A stretch of 64,000 nt of DNA from an uncultured Methanosarcinales archaeon. GTDB lineage: Archaea; Nanobdellota; Nanobdellia; Woesearchaeales; CAYSVS01. The stretch is from positions 1-64,000 of the forward strand of contig CAZPRK010000005.1 in NCBI GenBank assembly GCA_964589485.1, given 5' to 3'. The position numbers and the translations under genes were made by a program. Positions 51,395 to 61,342 of this stretch are shown one piece after another; the first letter of the stretch is position 1, and every line of letters begins with the position of its first letter. The notes beneath the pieces are model-generated. The model was not told where the DNA came from and searched no databases. It was given only the letters and a program-made list of their open reading frames with translations.

Positions 51395-51842
51395 CCCTAA
51401 ATGGAATTTAGATAAAAATTCACTTGAATTTTTAAAATTTCTAATTAAAGCATTTAAAATAAAAAAAGTACTCGAAATAGGAACATTTAATGGGTATACG
51501 GCAAATGAATTATGTAAAATATCTGAAGTTACTTCTATAGAAAAAGATCAAAATAACACATACCCTGAAGGCTTTCACGTAATTTATGGAAATGCTTTAA
51601 CAATAATTCCAAATCTTAATTCAGCATTTGATTTAATATTAATAGACGCTACAAAAAAAGAATACATTGATTACATTAAGTTACTTGAGAAATATAAAAT
51701 TGTTAACAACAATACAATAATAATAGCAGACAATGTTATCAGCCATAAAAGTAAAGTACAAAATTATTTAGATTATGTTAAAGAGAATTATCATAGCTTT
51801 ACATTAGATATAGGTAAAGGTCTTGAAATTAGTAAAAAATGA
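51381..51842 (+). CDS. class I SAM-dependent O-methyltransferase
   Basis: LEIGTFNGY, FDLILIDATK, IIADNV. Confidence 0.85.
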   Translation: MILYDPKWNLDKNSLEFLKFLIKAFKIKKVLEIGTFNGYTANELCKISEVTSIEKDQNNTYPEGFHVIYGNALTIIPNLNSAFDLILIDATKKEYIDYIKLLEKYKIVNNNTIIIADNVISHKSKVQNYLDYVKENYHSFTLDIGKGLEISKK

Positions 51843-52135
51843 ATTTTACAAATAAAGTATATGAAAAATGTAAACTTATCCCAAAAGGAAAAGTTTCAAC
51901 TTACAAACAAATTGCTCTTTCTTTAAATTCAAAGGCATATCAGGCAATTGGTAAAGTTTTAAGCAAAAATAAAAGTAAAAACATTCCTTGTCATAGAGTT
52001 ATTTGTAGTAATGGAAAAATAGGTGGATTTAGAGGATCAAAAAATAATAAAGACAAAAAAATATTATTAGAGAAAGAAGGTATTTTAGTTTTTGATAACA
52101 AAATAAATTTAAAAGAATTCTTGTATAAAATTTAA
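51839..52135 (+). CDS. ogt: single-domain O6-methylguanine DNA methyltransferase family protein
   Basis: IPKGKVSTYKQIA, PCHRV active site. Confidence 0.85.
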   Translation: MNFTNKVYEKCKLIPKGKVSTYKQIALSLNSKAYQAIGKVLSKNKSKNIPCHRVICSNGKIGGFRGSKNNKDKKILLEKEGILVFDNKINLKEFLYKI

Positions 52136-52166
52136 ATAAAAAAAATAAAAAAAAGGTTGTTTAACC

Positions 52167-54761
52167 TTATTCTGCTGCTGGAGCTTCTGCTTCTGCATCT
52201 GCTGCTGGAGCTTCTTCAGCTACTGGCGCAGCTGCTGTTGCTTCAACTTTTGAAACAGTTATGTCAGTCATACTTGTTCCAGAAACTTCAACTTCCATTC
52301 CCATTAAGCTGTCTGCGTATTGGTCGTGGTTAGCTACAACAGTTGTTGCTCTCTTAGTGTCATCTGCACCGTATCCAGCAACTAGCATAGCTACATTGTC
52401 TCCGTTCTCGTATAGCTTAATTTTAGCCATACCAGCTTCTAGACCCATAGCACACTTATCAGCACCGTATTGAGGCTGTCCATTTACAAATGGCCATCCT
52501 GCAACAGCTGCAGCTGCTTCGTTAATACATGCACCACCAACTAAGATTAAGTTCTGGCTTGTTTCTTGACCTCTTACGTTACTAGCTAACTGTGCAGCTC
52601 CTACTTGTATTTTAGTCAAACTAACTGTTTCTACTGTTCCCGCTCCAGATGATGTAGCTGCAACTTCGTTTGAAGTAACTGCTCCTGAAGTAACAAAGAT
52701 CTGACCAACTCTCTGAGAATCAGGCCACTTAACTTCTACCTTATCAGGTGAGGAAGTTATTGAAGTAAATGTTACTTCTGCACCGTATGCAGTCATTAAT
52801 GACTGAATATCAGTATCATCTGTATCAGTTACTAAAGATGGTGTGTACCCACTTCCAGTAAATGTTGGTGTTGCTAAGGAAACTTCGTTTGCATCTCCAT
52901 CACTTACAACATTAACAATAGTAGTCTGTGCATCTCCTTCAAGCATGTTAGAAGGATCAACTTCAGTGACGTTAACTCTTATTTCATCGTTATCATCATA
53001 TGTTGCGTTCTGGTTATTGTAGAAAGTCTCGTTCTGAGTAATTCTAATCAAAGCCTCGCCCTTAGTTACTAAGTAACCATTGGATGCTCCACCTGCAATA
53101 GAGATGTTAAAGTCATCTGTACCTGCATTAGCAGCTGTTTGGTTTGATATTGTAAACTCAGTTCCACCTAAAGTTAAAGTTGCAGTTCCTGCAGTAGCAA
53201 TTGAGAAAGTTCTCTCAAAGTTTTCTTTAGTAGCTAAGTTCTTAAACTTAACACTTGCAGTTGCATCTCCAGATGAACTATCTGCTCCTCTATACTGAAG
53301 AACATAAGACTTTTCTCCTTCTGAACTAGGAGTTCCGCTTCCTGTAGTTAAAAAGAAAAACTGGTCTTTTACAATGTTAGTAGTTCTGTCTAATGTTAAC
53401 CTATCGTTGTTATCTCCCATGTACACATAAGTTGCGTTAGGGGAATAAGCTAAAGGTAATGAAACAGCTCCATCTTCTACAGTCATCTTTAACTCTAATC
53501 TTTTATCTCCGGACGGAACAATGTTGATATCTCTTGTATCAGCACTAGTCATTCCTTCATATAAAATATCCCAGTTAATTAAACCTTCAGGTTCTTCTAA
53601 CTTTTCTGATAATTTCTCACCAGGTGCGAACCAGTAGTCATCATCTGCTGTAAAGTTCAACTTAATTGTTTCCATTTTAAATTCACTGGAATCGTTAGTT
53701 GCTTTAATACCCGCAGTTACTTCGTCCATTTTTTCATCGCCAACATGCAATGTACCATCTACTGAACTAGCAGTTACTGTTGTATCTTTAATAACGATTT
53801 TATCAGCTCCTAAATAGAAGTCAACTAAATCTCCTGTTACATCTCCTGCTTCGTTATTCAATACAGTCTTTATTCCAACGTCAATTCCGTCATCTAAAGT
53901 GTATGTATCTCCTTCTTGCATCTCGTCTGTAACAACTCCGTTAATTTTAAACTGAGTCTTAATTGTTCCTGAATCAGTAACAATTATGTTTTCAACTTCG
54001 TAGTCCTTACCCTGTAAAGTGTATGTTTTAGTTTCACCTTCAGAGATAGTATCTGACAAAGCACCACCCATTAAAGTTAATTCAGCTGTTGTTGCAGAAA
54101 ATGTTGCCTTTGTAATTGTGTACAAAGTACCCATAATACTGATTTTCTTGTCTTTAAAATCTTCTAATTGACTTGTTTCACTTGAATCAATATCAGTATC
54201 TGACGTTGAAGTAAAAGTCAATGTATACAAAGCTAGATTATCGTTGTTGTCAACAGTTAAAAAAGCTCCAATTTTATCGTTGTCAGTATCTTCTTCATAA
54301 GCCAAAGCTACTTGTCCATAAAATCTTAACTCTTCTTCATAGTCAGCAGTGTTCTTACCTGATCTAAATGTACCACCAGATAAAGCAGCTAACTCATCTT
54401 CGTCTACAACTGATTGAACGGAAGATATGTTGTCTCCAATTTCTAAACTTTTTGAACTTGTTTTTACTTCCCAAGCATCTCCATCAACAGAAACTGTTGT
54501 AGAAGCTCCACCTGTAGTAGAAACTGTTTTAGTGGTTTTTAAGCTGTATTGCAAATTTGTAGCAATATCTACGGAACCAATAACGTCTTTAGCCGCAGCA
54601 CCATCACCAACTACAATAACCGCATTTAAACTACCATCCTTGATAAACATACTCGGATAGTTTGCTAAATCTGCAGCCATTGCACCCATGATTGTAGCTC
54701 CAACCATTGTCGCGCCTGCTCCTAATGCAACCACTTTTTTAATCGCTTTTTTTACATCCAT
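52167..54761 (-). CDS. S-layer protein
   Basis: KKVVALGAGATMVGAT..GA.AADLA.YP N-terminus, VVG..AAAKDV, NLILVGG.CIN and LVAGY.A.DT, as in Methanococcales/Thermococcales-type S-layers. Confidence 0.88.
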   Translation of the reverse strand: MDVKKAIKKVVALGAGATMVGATIMGAMAADLANYPSMFIKDGSLNAVIVVGDGAAAKDVIGSVDIATNLQYSLKTTKTVSTTGGASTTVSVDGDAWEVKTSSKSLEIGDNISSVQSVVDEDELAALSGGTFRSGKNTADYEEELRFYGQVALAYEEDTDNDKIGAFLTVDNNDNLALYTLTFTSTSDTDIDSSETSQLEDFKDKKISIMGTLYTITKATFSATTAELTLMGGALSDTISEGETKTYTLQGKDYEVENIIVTDSGTIKTQFKINGVVTDEMQEGDTYTLDDGIDVGIKTVLNNEAGDVTGDLVDFYLGADKIVIKDTTVTASSVDGTLHVGDEKMDEVTAGIKATNDSSEFKMETIKLNFTADDDYWFAPGEKLSEKLEEPEGLINWDILYEGMTSADTRDINIVPSGDKRLELKMTVEDGAVSLPLAYSPNATYVYMGDNNDRLTLDRTTNIVKDQFFFLTTGSGTPSSEGEKSYVLQYRGADSSSGDATASVKFKNLATKENFERTFSIATAGTATLTLGGTEFTISNQTAANAGTDDFNISIAGGASNGYLVTKGEALIRITQNETFYNNQNATYDDNDEIRVNVTEVDPSNMLEGDAQTTIVNVVSDGDANEVSLATPTFTGSGYTPSLVTDTDDTDIQSLMTAYGAEVTFTSITSSPDKVEVKWPDSQRVGQIFVTSGAVTSNEVAATSSGAGTVETVSLTKIQVGAAQLASNVRGQETSQNLILVGGACINEAAAAVAGWPFVNGQPQYGADKCAMGLEAGMAKIKLYENGDNVAMLVAGYGADDTKRATTVVANHDQYADSLMGMEVEVSGTSMTDITVSKVEATAAAPVAEEAPAADAEAEAPAAE

Positions 54762-55051
54762 TATCTAAACACCTCCAGTGTTTATGTTCTTTTTTTTTGG
54801 GCAATCTTTGGCGTTTTACGCCATCGCAAGATAACTTTTAAGAAAACACATGCAAACAAAACATATATCCTCTGTAAAAATAACTTATATTATACTTAGA
54901 TTCAACTTTTCGTTTATAAAGGTTTCGTAAGTACTTTATCAATTAAGAGCTTAAAAGGAAAATTTAGCAATTTGAAGGCCCATACTGCCAAAATTCACAA
55001 GTTAGCACTTAAAAAGGACAAACTCATAATCTGACGAAAAAACACCACAAT

Positions 55052-55330
55052 TCATTTCACATTTATAAATATAGATATTATACCAGTAATCACAGTTACC
55101 CAAATAATACCCATCAGTAAAAGTTGTAAAAAAGCCACCCAACCTGCCAAATATATGTAAGTTATACTCGCTAAAAAGCCAATTGCTATATTAAAAGGAA
55201 TTAAACTCTTTAATTTCTCATATATTTGATCAGTAATTGGAATTGGTTTATAGTTTTGACTAAGCTTTTGTTTATATTCCTTTATTACAGCTTCTCTAAA
55301 AAGTTTCTTTTCTACATCAGACATTGGCAT
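55052..55330 (-). CDS. small membrane protein
   Basis: Two C-terminal TM helices. Confidence 0.6.
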   Translation of the reverse strand: MPMSDVEKKLFREAVIKEYKQKLSQNYKPIPITDQIYEKLKSLIPFNIAIGFLASITYIYLAGWVAFLQLLLMGIIWVTVITGIISIFINVK

Positions 55331-55380
55331 AAATTATTAACAGCTATACGATTATTTAAGATTATCTACCAAAACAAGAA

Positions 55381-55394
55381 AAATGTGGGGATGA
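55381..55394. repeat. duplicate of the tRNA-Leu 3' end (att-like scar)
   Basis: aaatgtggggatga identical to 55449-55462; both copies have aaaacaagaa just to their left. Confidence 0.8.
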
Positions 55395-55451
55395 ATGATG
55401 CAAACCAACCTTTTTAAGAAAAACGTTGACGAAAAACAAGAAAAGAAGAAA

Positions 55452-55558
55452 TGTGGGGATGAGGATTCGAACCCCAGTAGACACTAAGCCAACAGGTATC
55501 TTAAAGTCGATAAAGACTCCCCTAAGCCTGTCCCGTTTGACCGCTCCGGCATCCCCAC
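55452..55558 (-). tRNA. tRNA-Leu(TAG) with 23-nt canonical 37/38 intron (55498-55520)
   Basis: Acceptor GTGGGGA/TCCCCAC, ACAGG-CTTAGG^..^A-CCTGT, clean BHB (CTTA/TAAG helix, GGG and ATA bulges), variable arm, TTCGAAT loop. Confidence 0.95.
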
Positions 55559-55612
55559 GAATTGTATAATTCAATGAAATTAGAACTAATTTAAAAATAT
55601 ATCTAAAAAAAA

Positions 55613-56008
55613 TCAATCAACCTTTACTTCAGGCAAAGGTATCGGAGAAGGTAAGTTCATCACTTGACTTAATTTTAAAGATTCAACATTACATCTTCCA
55701 AGAATAAAATTCAAAACATTACTCATTATTTCAGAAGGTAATTTTTTTTCTTTTTTCCACTCAGTTACAAACTCAGTAACTTTCCCAGAATCATCTAAAT
55801 AATTTAAATCTCCTGCCATAAGAATATATGCAATTTCAGTTTCTGTTTGAGCATATTTTGTTCTATATTCAAAAGAAACAACTAATTTCCCATCATTCTC
55901 TTCCAAATTTTTAATTGCAACATTATTATTAATACTAACTTCTCCTTCTAAAGTACCTAGAAAATTCGCATCAATTTTTTTAAATTTAAATTTAGTAACT
56001 TTACCCAT
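55613..56008 (-). CDS. conserved archaeal hypothetical protein (possibly SecB-like fold)
   Basis: ATG at 56008 with GGTG SD; beta-rich N-half and NLPSPIPLP C-terminal motif. Confidence 0.65.
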   Translation of the reverse strand: MGKVTKFKFKKIDANFLGTLEGEVSINNNVAIKNLEENDGKLVVSFEYRTKYAQTETEIAYILMAGDLNYLDDSGKVTEFVTEWKKEKKLPSEIMSNVLNFILGRCNVESLKLSQVMNLPSPIPLPEVKVD

Positions 56009-56019
56009 ATACAAACACC

Positions 56020-56184
56020 TTATTTCTTTTGCCAAGCATAACTTCTTAGCTTACTAGTTTTACCAAAACCACAACTACTGCATTCTTTTTTTCTTTTATG
56101 CATAGTATGTTCACCACATCTTCTACAAATAATGTGTGTTTTTTTCCCTGATTTTTTACCCATTGAGGGTGTTCCTTTAGCCAT
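56020..56184 (-). CDS. rpl37e: 50S ribosomal protein eL37 (54 aa, not in ORF track)
   Basis: [54 protein letters not shown]; classic position after the Sm gene. Confidence 0.95.
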   Translation of the reverse strand: MAKGTPSMGKKSGKKTHIICRRCGEHTMHKRKKECSSCGFGKTSKLRSYAWQKK

Positions 56185-56190
56185 ATTAAA

Positions 56191-56415
56191 TCACTGTGGT
56201 GAGAATAGTATAATTGTATCTCCTCTTAAGAAAATAACTCCAAGCTTTCTTTTAAGCTCACCATCACTCCTTTCCTCTGCATTTTCTAAAACTGTATTAA
56301 GATGTTGATCAAAAGCTTTTAATTCACCTAAATATTGTCTTCCATTTTTTAATTCAATTAGTACTTTTTTATGTCTTGCCTTGTTCAAAGCATCGAATGG
56401 TTTTTCATGTTCCAT
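56191..56415 (-). CDS. Sm-like archaeal protein (SmAP/LSm)
   Basis: GELKAFDQHLNTVL and FLRGDTI Sm1/Sm2 motifs. Confidence 0.93.
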   Translation of the reverse strand: MEHEKPFDALNKARHKKVLIELKNGRQYLGELKAFDQHLNTVLENAEERSDGELKRKLGVIFLRGDTIILFSPQ

Positions 56416-56524
56416 GAGTATTTCCCCCTAAACTAAAATTAAGACTCAGGATTTAGACCCAATATTTAAATCTTACGGATGGCAAATCAAAAGTTATATA
56501 AATAATATCAAATTCTGTCGAAAT

Positions 56525-56896
56525 ATGGTTATCATACAAGCAAAATCAAAAAGGAGCTCAACAGGCTCAAGATATAAACAATCTAGAAAAAAAAGAAAAT
56601 TTGAATCTGGAGATAATCCAACATTCACTAAATTAGGCGAAAGAAAAGTTAAAACCAATAGATTAGTTGGTGGGAATTCTAAAACTAAATCATTATCTGG
56701 AAATTTCGTAAATTTGTCAGATAAAAAAACAATTTCAAAAGTAGCAATAAAAAGTGTTCTTGAAAATGAAGCTAACAAAAACTTAGTTAGAAGAAGTATA
56801 TTAACAAAAGGAACAATTATTGAAACAGAAAAAGGAAAAGCAAAAATAACTTCTAGACCAGGTCAAGAAGGAGTTATTAACGCAGTTTTACTTTAA
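56525..56896 (+). CDS. rps8e: 30S ribosomal protein eS8
   Basis: SKRSSTGSR..RKKRKFE.G, ILTKGTIIET, TSRPGQEGVINAVL. Confidence 0.95.
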   Translation: MVIIQAKSKRSSTGSRYKQSRKKRKFESGDNPTFTKLGERKVKTNRLVGGNSKTKSLSGNFVNLSDKKTISKVAIKSVLENEANKNLVRRSILTKGTIIETEKGKAKITSRPGQEGVINAVLL

Positions 56897-56905
56897 AAAA
56901 ACAAG

Positions 56906-57118
56906 TTAAGATTTAACAACTACTTTTATTTTTTTCAATTTAGAATCAGGTGATTTCATATTAACTAAAGTAAATTCTTTTAGTTTTAATTTATCTGCAT
57001 AAACTTTCGCAGCTTCTTCTGTCTTAAAAGTTTTATCTCTAGGTTTTCTTTTTCTACTTATACTTAAACTTCTAGGTCCGCCTCTTTTTCTATCTCGAAT
57101 TCTAACATGATTACTCAT
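56906..57118 (-). CDS. small basic protein coupled to rpl11
   Basis: Arg/Lys-rich 70 aa; ATG overlaps the rpl11 stop (ATGA). Confidence 0.7.
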   Translation of the reverse strand: MSNHVRIRDRKRGGPRSLSISRKRKPRDKTFKTEEAAKVYADKLKLKEFTLVNMKSPDSKLKKIKVVVKS

Positions 57119-57837
57119 TTTTGCTCCTCTTCAGGCTTCTTTTCTTCAGCAGGAAGCATTGGTTCAAATACTGCAGATGGAATTTCTGCTTCAATCATTT
57201 TAGCTTTAACCTCATTTCTAGATTTTCCTTCCATTTTACTTAAAACTTCTTTAGCTTGAGCTTCAAATTCACTTCGTTTCTTTTCAAGATCTTCTTGTAA
57301 TTTTTTCTTTTCAGCTTCAACTTCTTTCATTTCTTCTGCACTTAATTCTGTTTTTTCTTCTTTAATTTCTTTATCGAACTTACCTGAATTAATTTGATTA
57401 ATAGCTTCACTAGGTTCTTCACCCTCTACATTAACACCCATGCTTCTACATGTTCCTATTATTTCTTTAATTTTTTGTTTTAAGTCCTTACCTAAAAGAG
57501 AATCTTCTTTCATTTTTGCAATTTTAATTAATTGCTCTATCTTTAAATCTGCAACTTTATCAGTTTGAGGAACTCCGCTTCCTTTTTGTATACCCGCTTC
57601 TTTTTTAATCAAAGCAGATGCAGGAGGCGTACCAACAGTAATATCGAAATCTTTTGTCTCAGTGTCAATACTTACTTTAACTGGAACTTGCATTCCTTTA
57701 AAATCAGCAGTTTTTTTATTTATTTGACTTACAACTTCACCAATATTTACACCCATTGGACCTAACGCAGGTCCTAGAGGAGGAGCCGCTGTAGCCTTAC
57801 CACCTTCAATCAAAACTTCAATATTTTCTTTAGCCAT
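57115..57837 (-). CDS. rpl11: 50S ribosomal protein uL11 with charged C-terminal extension
   Basis: GGKATAAPPLGPALGP, FKGMQVPV, GTPPASALI, GTCRSMGV. Confidence 0.95.
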   Translation of the reverse strand: MAKENIEVLIEGGKATAAPPLGPALGPMGVNIGEVVSQINKKTADFKGMQVPVKVSIDTETKDFDITVGTPPASALIKKEAGIQKGSGVPQTDKVADLKIEQLIKIAKMKEDSLLGKDLKQKIKEIIGTCRSMGVNVEGEEPSEAINQINSGKFDKEIKEEKTELSAEEMKEVEAEKKKLQEDLEKKRSEFEAQAKEVLSKMEGKSRNEVKAKMIEAEIPSAVFEPMLPAEEKKPEEEQK

Positions 57838-57904
57838 ATTTAATTGTCACCAAATAATTTAGTAAAAACGAGGAAAATTAGTTGCTTTATAAAAGTTGTG
57901 GTAC

Positions 57905-58555
57905 TTACTCATCTTCATAATAAGCATCTATTTTTTTATCAATTTCTTCCTCAGTAAGAACTCCTTTTTCTACTAACAAATCAATCAATGCATTAATTCT
58001 ATCCTCAACATCATTAAGAACATCTTCTTCAGCTTCTTCTTCATTTGATTCCTCTAAAAACTCTTCTTCATCCTCTTCTTCTTCTTCTTCAGAATCACGT
58101 CTGACAACTTTAACTGAATCTAATTTAACTGTTATTGGAATTGGAACTGCACTTTCTAAAAGTTCAACTACTGCTTCTTCTTTAGTTTTATCAATCCTTG
58201 TAACTCTTGCATTTTCCCTTTTGAAAGGTCCACTAATTAATTCAACTATATCGTGCTTCTTAATATTCATTTCTACTTTAACTTGCTCAAGCATATGTTC
58301 AATCTCTTTATAATCAATCAAATTAGGTAAAATCCCTCTTGCATAAGGTATATTAAATGCTGCTTGTTCTGCGTCACTTCTTGTTCCAGCTTCAACGAAA
58401 ATATATCCCCTCATCCCATGAGGTCTAATTACAGAGTATACACCTAACTCTTTTTTTTGTACATTACTAATTAAAAAATCCATAACTTGATCTTCTCTAT
58501 TTGCAGTTGTTCTCAAAGCAAAAATATTTGTATTTAATTCTTTATTTTCTTCCAT
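57905..58555 (-). CDS. spt5: transcription elongation factor Spt5 with acidic/helical C-terminal extension
   Basis: NGN domain (RGYIFVEA), KOW (VELISGPFK..ARV), VPIPITV. Confidence 0.93.
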   Translation of the reverse strand: MEENKELNTNIFALRTTANREDQVMDFLISNVQKKELGVYSVIRPHGMRGYIFVEAGTRSDAEQAAFNIPYARGILPNLIDYKEIEHMLEQVKVEMNIKKHDIVELISGPFKRENARVTRIDKTKEEAVVELLESAVPIPITVKLDSVKVVRRDSEEEEEEDEEEFLEESNEEEAEEDVLNDVEDRINALIDLLVEKGVLTEEEIDKKIDAYYEDE

Positions 58556-58562
58556 TTTAACC

Positions 58563-58742
58563 TCAAAAAAATGTTTGCTTAAGCATAGAAAAGAAAAAGC
58601 CTATAAGACCTATTATAGCCATACCTAATCCACTTACTTTCACAATAGTTTTAAATTCAAAACTATTAGGTTTTCTCGTCACTCTTAAAACCCTTAAACA
58701 TTCAAAATAAAATGATTTTAGTCTAACTAATTTTTCTCCCAT
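58563..58742 (-). CDS. secE: protein translocase SecE/Sec61-gamma (59 aa, not in ORF track)
   Basis: ECLRVLRVTRKPNSFEFKTIVKVSGLGMAIIGLIGF; lies between ftsZ and spt5. Confidence 0.93.
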   Translation of the reverse strand: MGEKLVRLKSFYFECLRVLRVTRKPNSFEFKTIVKVSGLGMAIIGLIGFFFSMLKQTFF

Positions 58743-58744
58743 TT

Positions 58745-59926
58745 TTAATCTACGAACTCAATTCCAAGTTCAGTTTCAATTTCTTTTTTCTTTTCTTTAT
58801 TGACTAACTTTCCGCCAGTTCCGAAAATTTGTTCAGACCTAACTCCAGTTACAATAAGCATTGCACGGATGGTATTTTCCAAGTCTTTATAAATCTGTGC
58901 CCCCCAAATGATTCTTGCGTCCCCATCTAGCCTTTGACTTACAGTTTCAACAACTTTTCTAGCTTCATCTAAAGTCATATCTGGTCCACCGATAACATTT
59001 ATCAAAGCACCACTTGCACCCGAAATATCTACATCTAATAAAGGGTTATTTATAGCTTTTTCTACTGCTTCTATAGCTCTGTTCTCTGTGTCACTTTCAC
59101 CTACACCAATAAGAGCTACTCCACCATCGCCCATAACTGCTCTAATATCAGCAAAATCTAAGTTAACTAATCCTGCTTTAGTAACCAATTCAGCAATTCC
59201 TTTAACAGAGTTAGTTAATATTTCATCTGCAACCTTAAATGCAGTATGTAATGGCAAATCAGGTGCTAATTCAAGTAATTTATCATTAGGAATCAATATT
59301 AAAGTATCAACTGTTTTTTCCATTTTTTCTAAGCCAAACATAGCGTTCTCAGATCTCCTATTACCTTCCATTTTGAAAGGTACAGTTACAATCCCAACAG
59401 TTAATGCTCCCATTTTTTTAGATATTTCAGCAACAACCGGAGCACTTCCTGTCCCAGTTCCACCACCTAATCCACAAGTAATAAAAATCATATCACTTCC
59501 TTGTAAAGATTGTTTTATTTCGTTCTCACTCTCTCTAGCACTTTCTTCTCCTTTTTTAGGAATAGAACCTGCACCCATCCCTTGAGTAGAATCTCTTCCA
59601 ATTAATATTTTTTTATCAGCACTACAATACAACAAATCTTGAGCATCAGTATTAATAGCTATTGTCTGAGCTCCCTTAATTCCTACTTCAGTGATTCTAT
59701 TAATAGTATTATTTCCAGCTCCACCTGCACCAACTACTTTTATTTTTGCAGTTTGCTGAGACAACATTGCTTCTAACTCTGCATCAATATCATTTTGTTT
59801 TAATGTTGCAGAAGTTGAAGGACGAGGCTCTTCTATTGAAATATTTTCTTCAAAAGTATCTTCTGATTCCATTTCCGCATCGCTAATTTCTTGCGCATTT
59901 TTTATGAATGACTCCACACTTAACAC
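58745..59926 (-). CDS. ftsZ: cell division protein FtsZ
   Basis: [33 protein letters not shown]. Confidence 0.97.
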   Translation of the reverse strand: MLSVESFIKNAQEISDAEMESEDTFEENISIEEPRPSTSATLKQNDIDAELEAMLSQQTAKIKVVGAGGAGNNTINRITEVGIKGAQTIAINTDAQDLLYCSADKKILIGRDSTQGMGAGSIPKKGEESARESENEIKQSLQGSDMIFITCGLGGGTGTGSAPVVAEISKKMGALTVGIVTVPFKMEGNRRSENAMFGLEKMEKTVDTLILIPNDKLLELAPDLPLHTAFKVADEILTNSVKGIAELVTKAGLVNLDFADIRAVMGDGGVALIGVGESDTENRAIEAVEKAINNPLLDVDISGASGALINVIGGPDMTLDEARKVVETVSQRLDGDARIIWGAQIYKDLENTIRAMLIVTGVRSEQIFGTGGKLVNKEKKKEIETELGIEFVD

Positions 59927-59964
59927 CTCAAACGATTATTTATTTTCGCCTCTTTTATTTAAAT

Positions 59965-60633
59965 TTAATCTTTTTTATCTTCGATAAAAATAATTTCATC
60001 TACATTTTCAAGTAAATTTTTTAATTTTTCTGCAACTAAATTTTTTGCATTTTCATCTAAATTAATTCCAGTTTTTGTTTTTATTTCTAATTTTTTATTT
60101 TCTAATTTTAAATCAAAACCTTCTGGTTTTGCATTAAAAGCCATAATTAAAAAAGATTTTACTTTTTCCAAATCATCTTTCAATATTTTATTTATTTTAT
60201 AATCATAAACTAAAGCCTTACTTGAAAAAGGATGATTAAAATCTACAACAGTCCTTCCGCCATTAACAGTTTTGATAGTACCCATCATTCCATCTATATT
60301 AACTTGCAATCCAGGTACAGGGTTCACTTTATTTTGTCTAAAAACATTACTTGGAACTATTTTTAATAATTTAGCATCCTTTTTACCAAATGCAACTTCC
60401 GGTTGTAACTCTACAGTATATGGTTTGTTAGTATCCTTTCCTTCAAGATCCAAATCTAAACCTTTCAAAAGATGCCCTTCGCCAACACATACAACTACAG
60501 TCCCATACCGTTCATGTTCCTGAAAAATTCCACTTTTTTTAGCCAATTCCTTATCAGTTGTATCGAAGACTAAACCTTCTTCTTTTAATTTCCCCGTATA
60601 TTCTAACTCAACAAAATCCTTTTTCTTAATCAC
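59965..60633 (-). CDS. slyD: long FKBP-type peptidyl-prolyl isomerase
   Basis: EYTGK..VFDTT, P..AFG, VDFNHP. Confidence 0.88.
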   Translation of the reverse strand: MIKKKDFVELEYTGKLKEEGLVFDTTDKELAKKSGIFQEHERYGTVVVCVGEGHLLKGLDLDLEGKDTNKPYTVELQPEVAFGKKDAKLLKIVPSNVFRQNKVNPVPGLQVNIDGMMGTIKTVNGGRTVVDFNHPFSSKALVYDYKINKILKDDLEKVKSFLIMAFNAKPEGFDLKLENKKLEIKTKTGINLDENAKNLVAEKLKNLLENVDEIIFIEDKKD

Positions 60634-60725
60634 AATAACACCTTTAAAAAATTAAAATAAAAGAACAGATACATTCCTTAAATACTTTTTGGTATTTTAG
60701 AAGGTTTTTAACTATTACAAAGTAA

Positions 60726-61268
60726 TTATTTAATGAAGTTCAAAATCTTCTGAATAACTTCATCAGAATCAATATCACTAGTATCAATTGTTAAATCATA
60801 ATGAGATTTTTCAGTATAATCAAAGTCATAATATCTCTTCCACCTTTCAATGTTATTATTATCTCTACTAACCATATTTTGTTTAGTTTCTTCAAAATTA
60901 CTTAACTTTTCAGAATCTAATCTTATTTTATTTTCCTTATCATGAAAAATTCGTTTTGCTCTTATATCTTCATCTGCATACAAATAAATTTTCACAGAAT
61001 GCGGAATAAATTTTGCACCTAACCAAGTATCCATAACAAAATCATCATATTGTTCACCAAATTTTTTTTGTCTTTCATCAACCATTTTATCCAGAGCAGG
61101 ATCTTTTGATTCTAAGTCAGCTAATTCTTTTATGGAAATACCTTTTTCATTAGCTAATTGTCTTTGAAAGTCTCCTGATGATTTTCTTTCAAAAGATAAT
61201 TTCATTGCTAACTTTTTAGCAACCGTACTTTTTCCAGTTCCCGGTTGTCCAGATATAGTAATAATCAT
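60726..61268 (-). CDS. cmk: cytidylate kinase (archaeal type)
   Basis: ITISGQPGTGKST, SSGDFQR, RAKRI, YDLTIDTS. Confidence 0.9.
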   Translation of the reverse strand: MIITISGQPGTGKSTVAKKLAMKLSFERKSSGDFQRQLANEKGISIKELADLESKDPALDKMVDERQKKFGEQYDDFVMDTWLGAKFIPHSVKIYLYADEDIRAKRIFHDKENKIRLDSEKLSNFEETKQNMVSRDNNNIERWKRYYDFDYTEKSHYDLTIDTSDIDSDEVIQKILNFIK

Positions 61269-61342
61269 AATTAAAAGTTTAGATAAGAGTTATATTAACT
61301 TTTTGGTAACCTTTAAATAAATCCTTCAAAGTTCCTTTTAAG

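Noticed and set aside
16405..55600. Leaderless tRNA transcription as in RNase P-less Nanoarchaeum
   Set aside because: TATA-like boxes begin at about -30 (iMet), -32 (Ser) and -37 (Leu) from the mature 5' ends. The spacing is not constant, so leaders probably exist.
55362..55616. 84-aa ORF in the track
   Set aside because: Overlaps tRNA-Leu; spurious.
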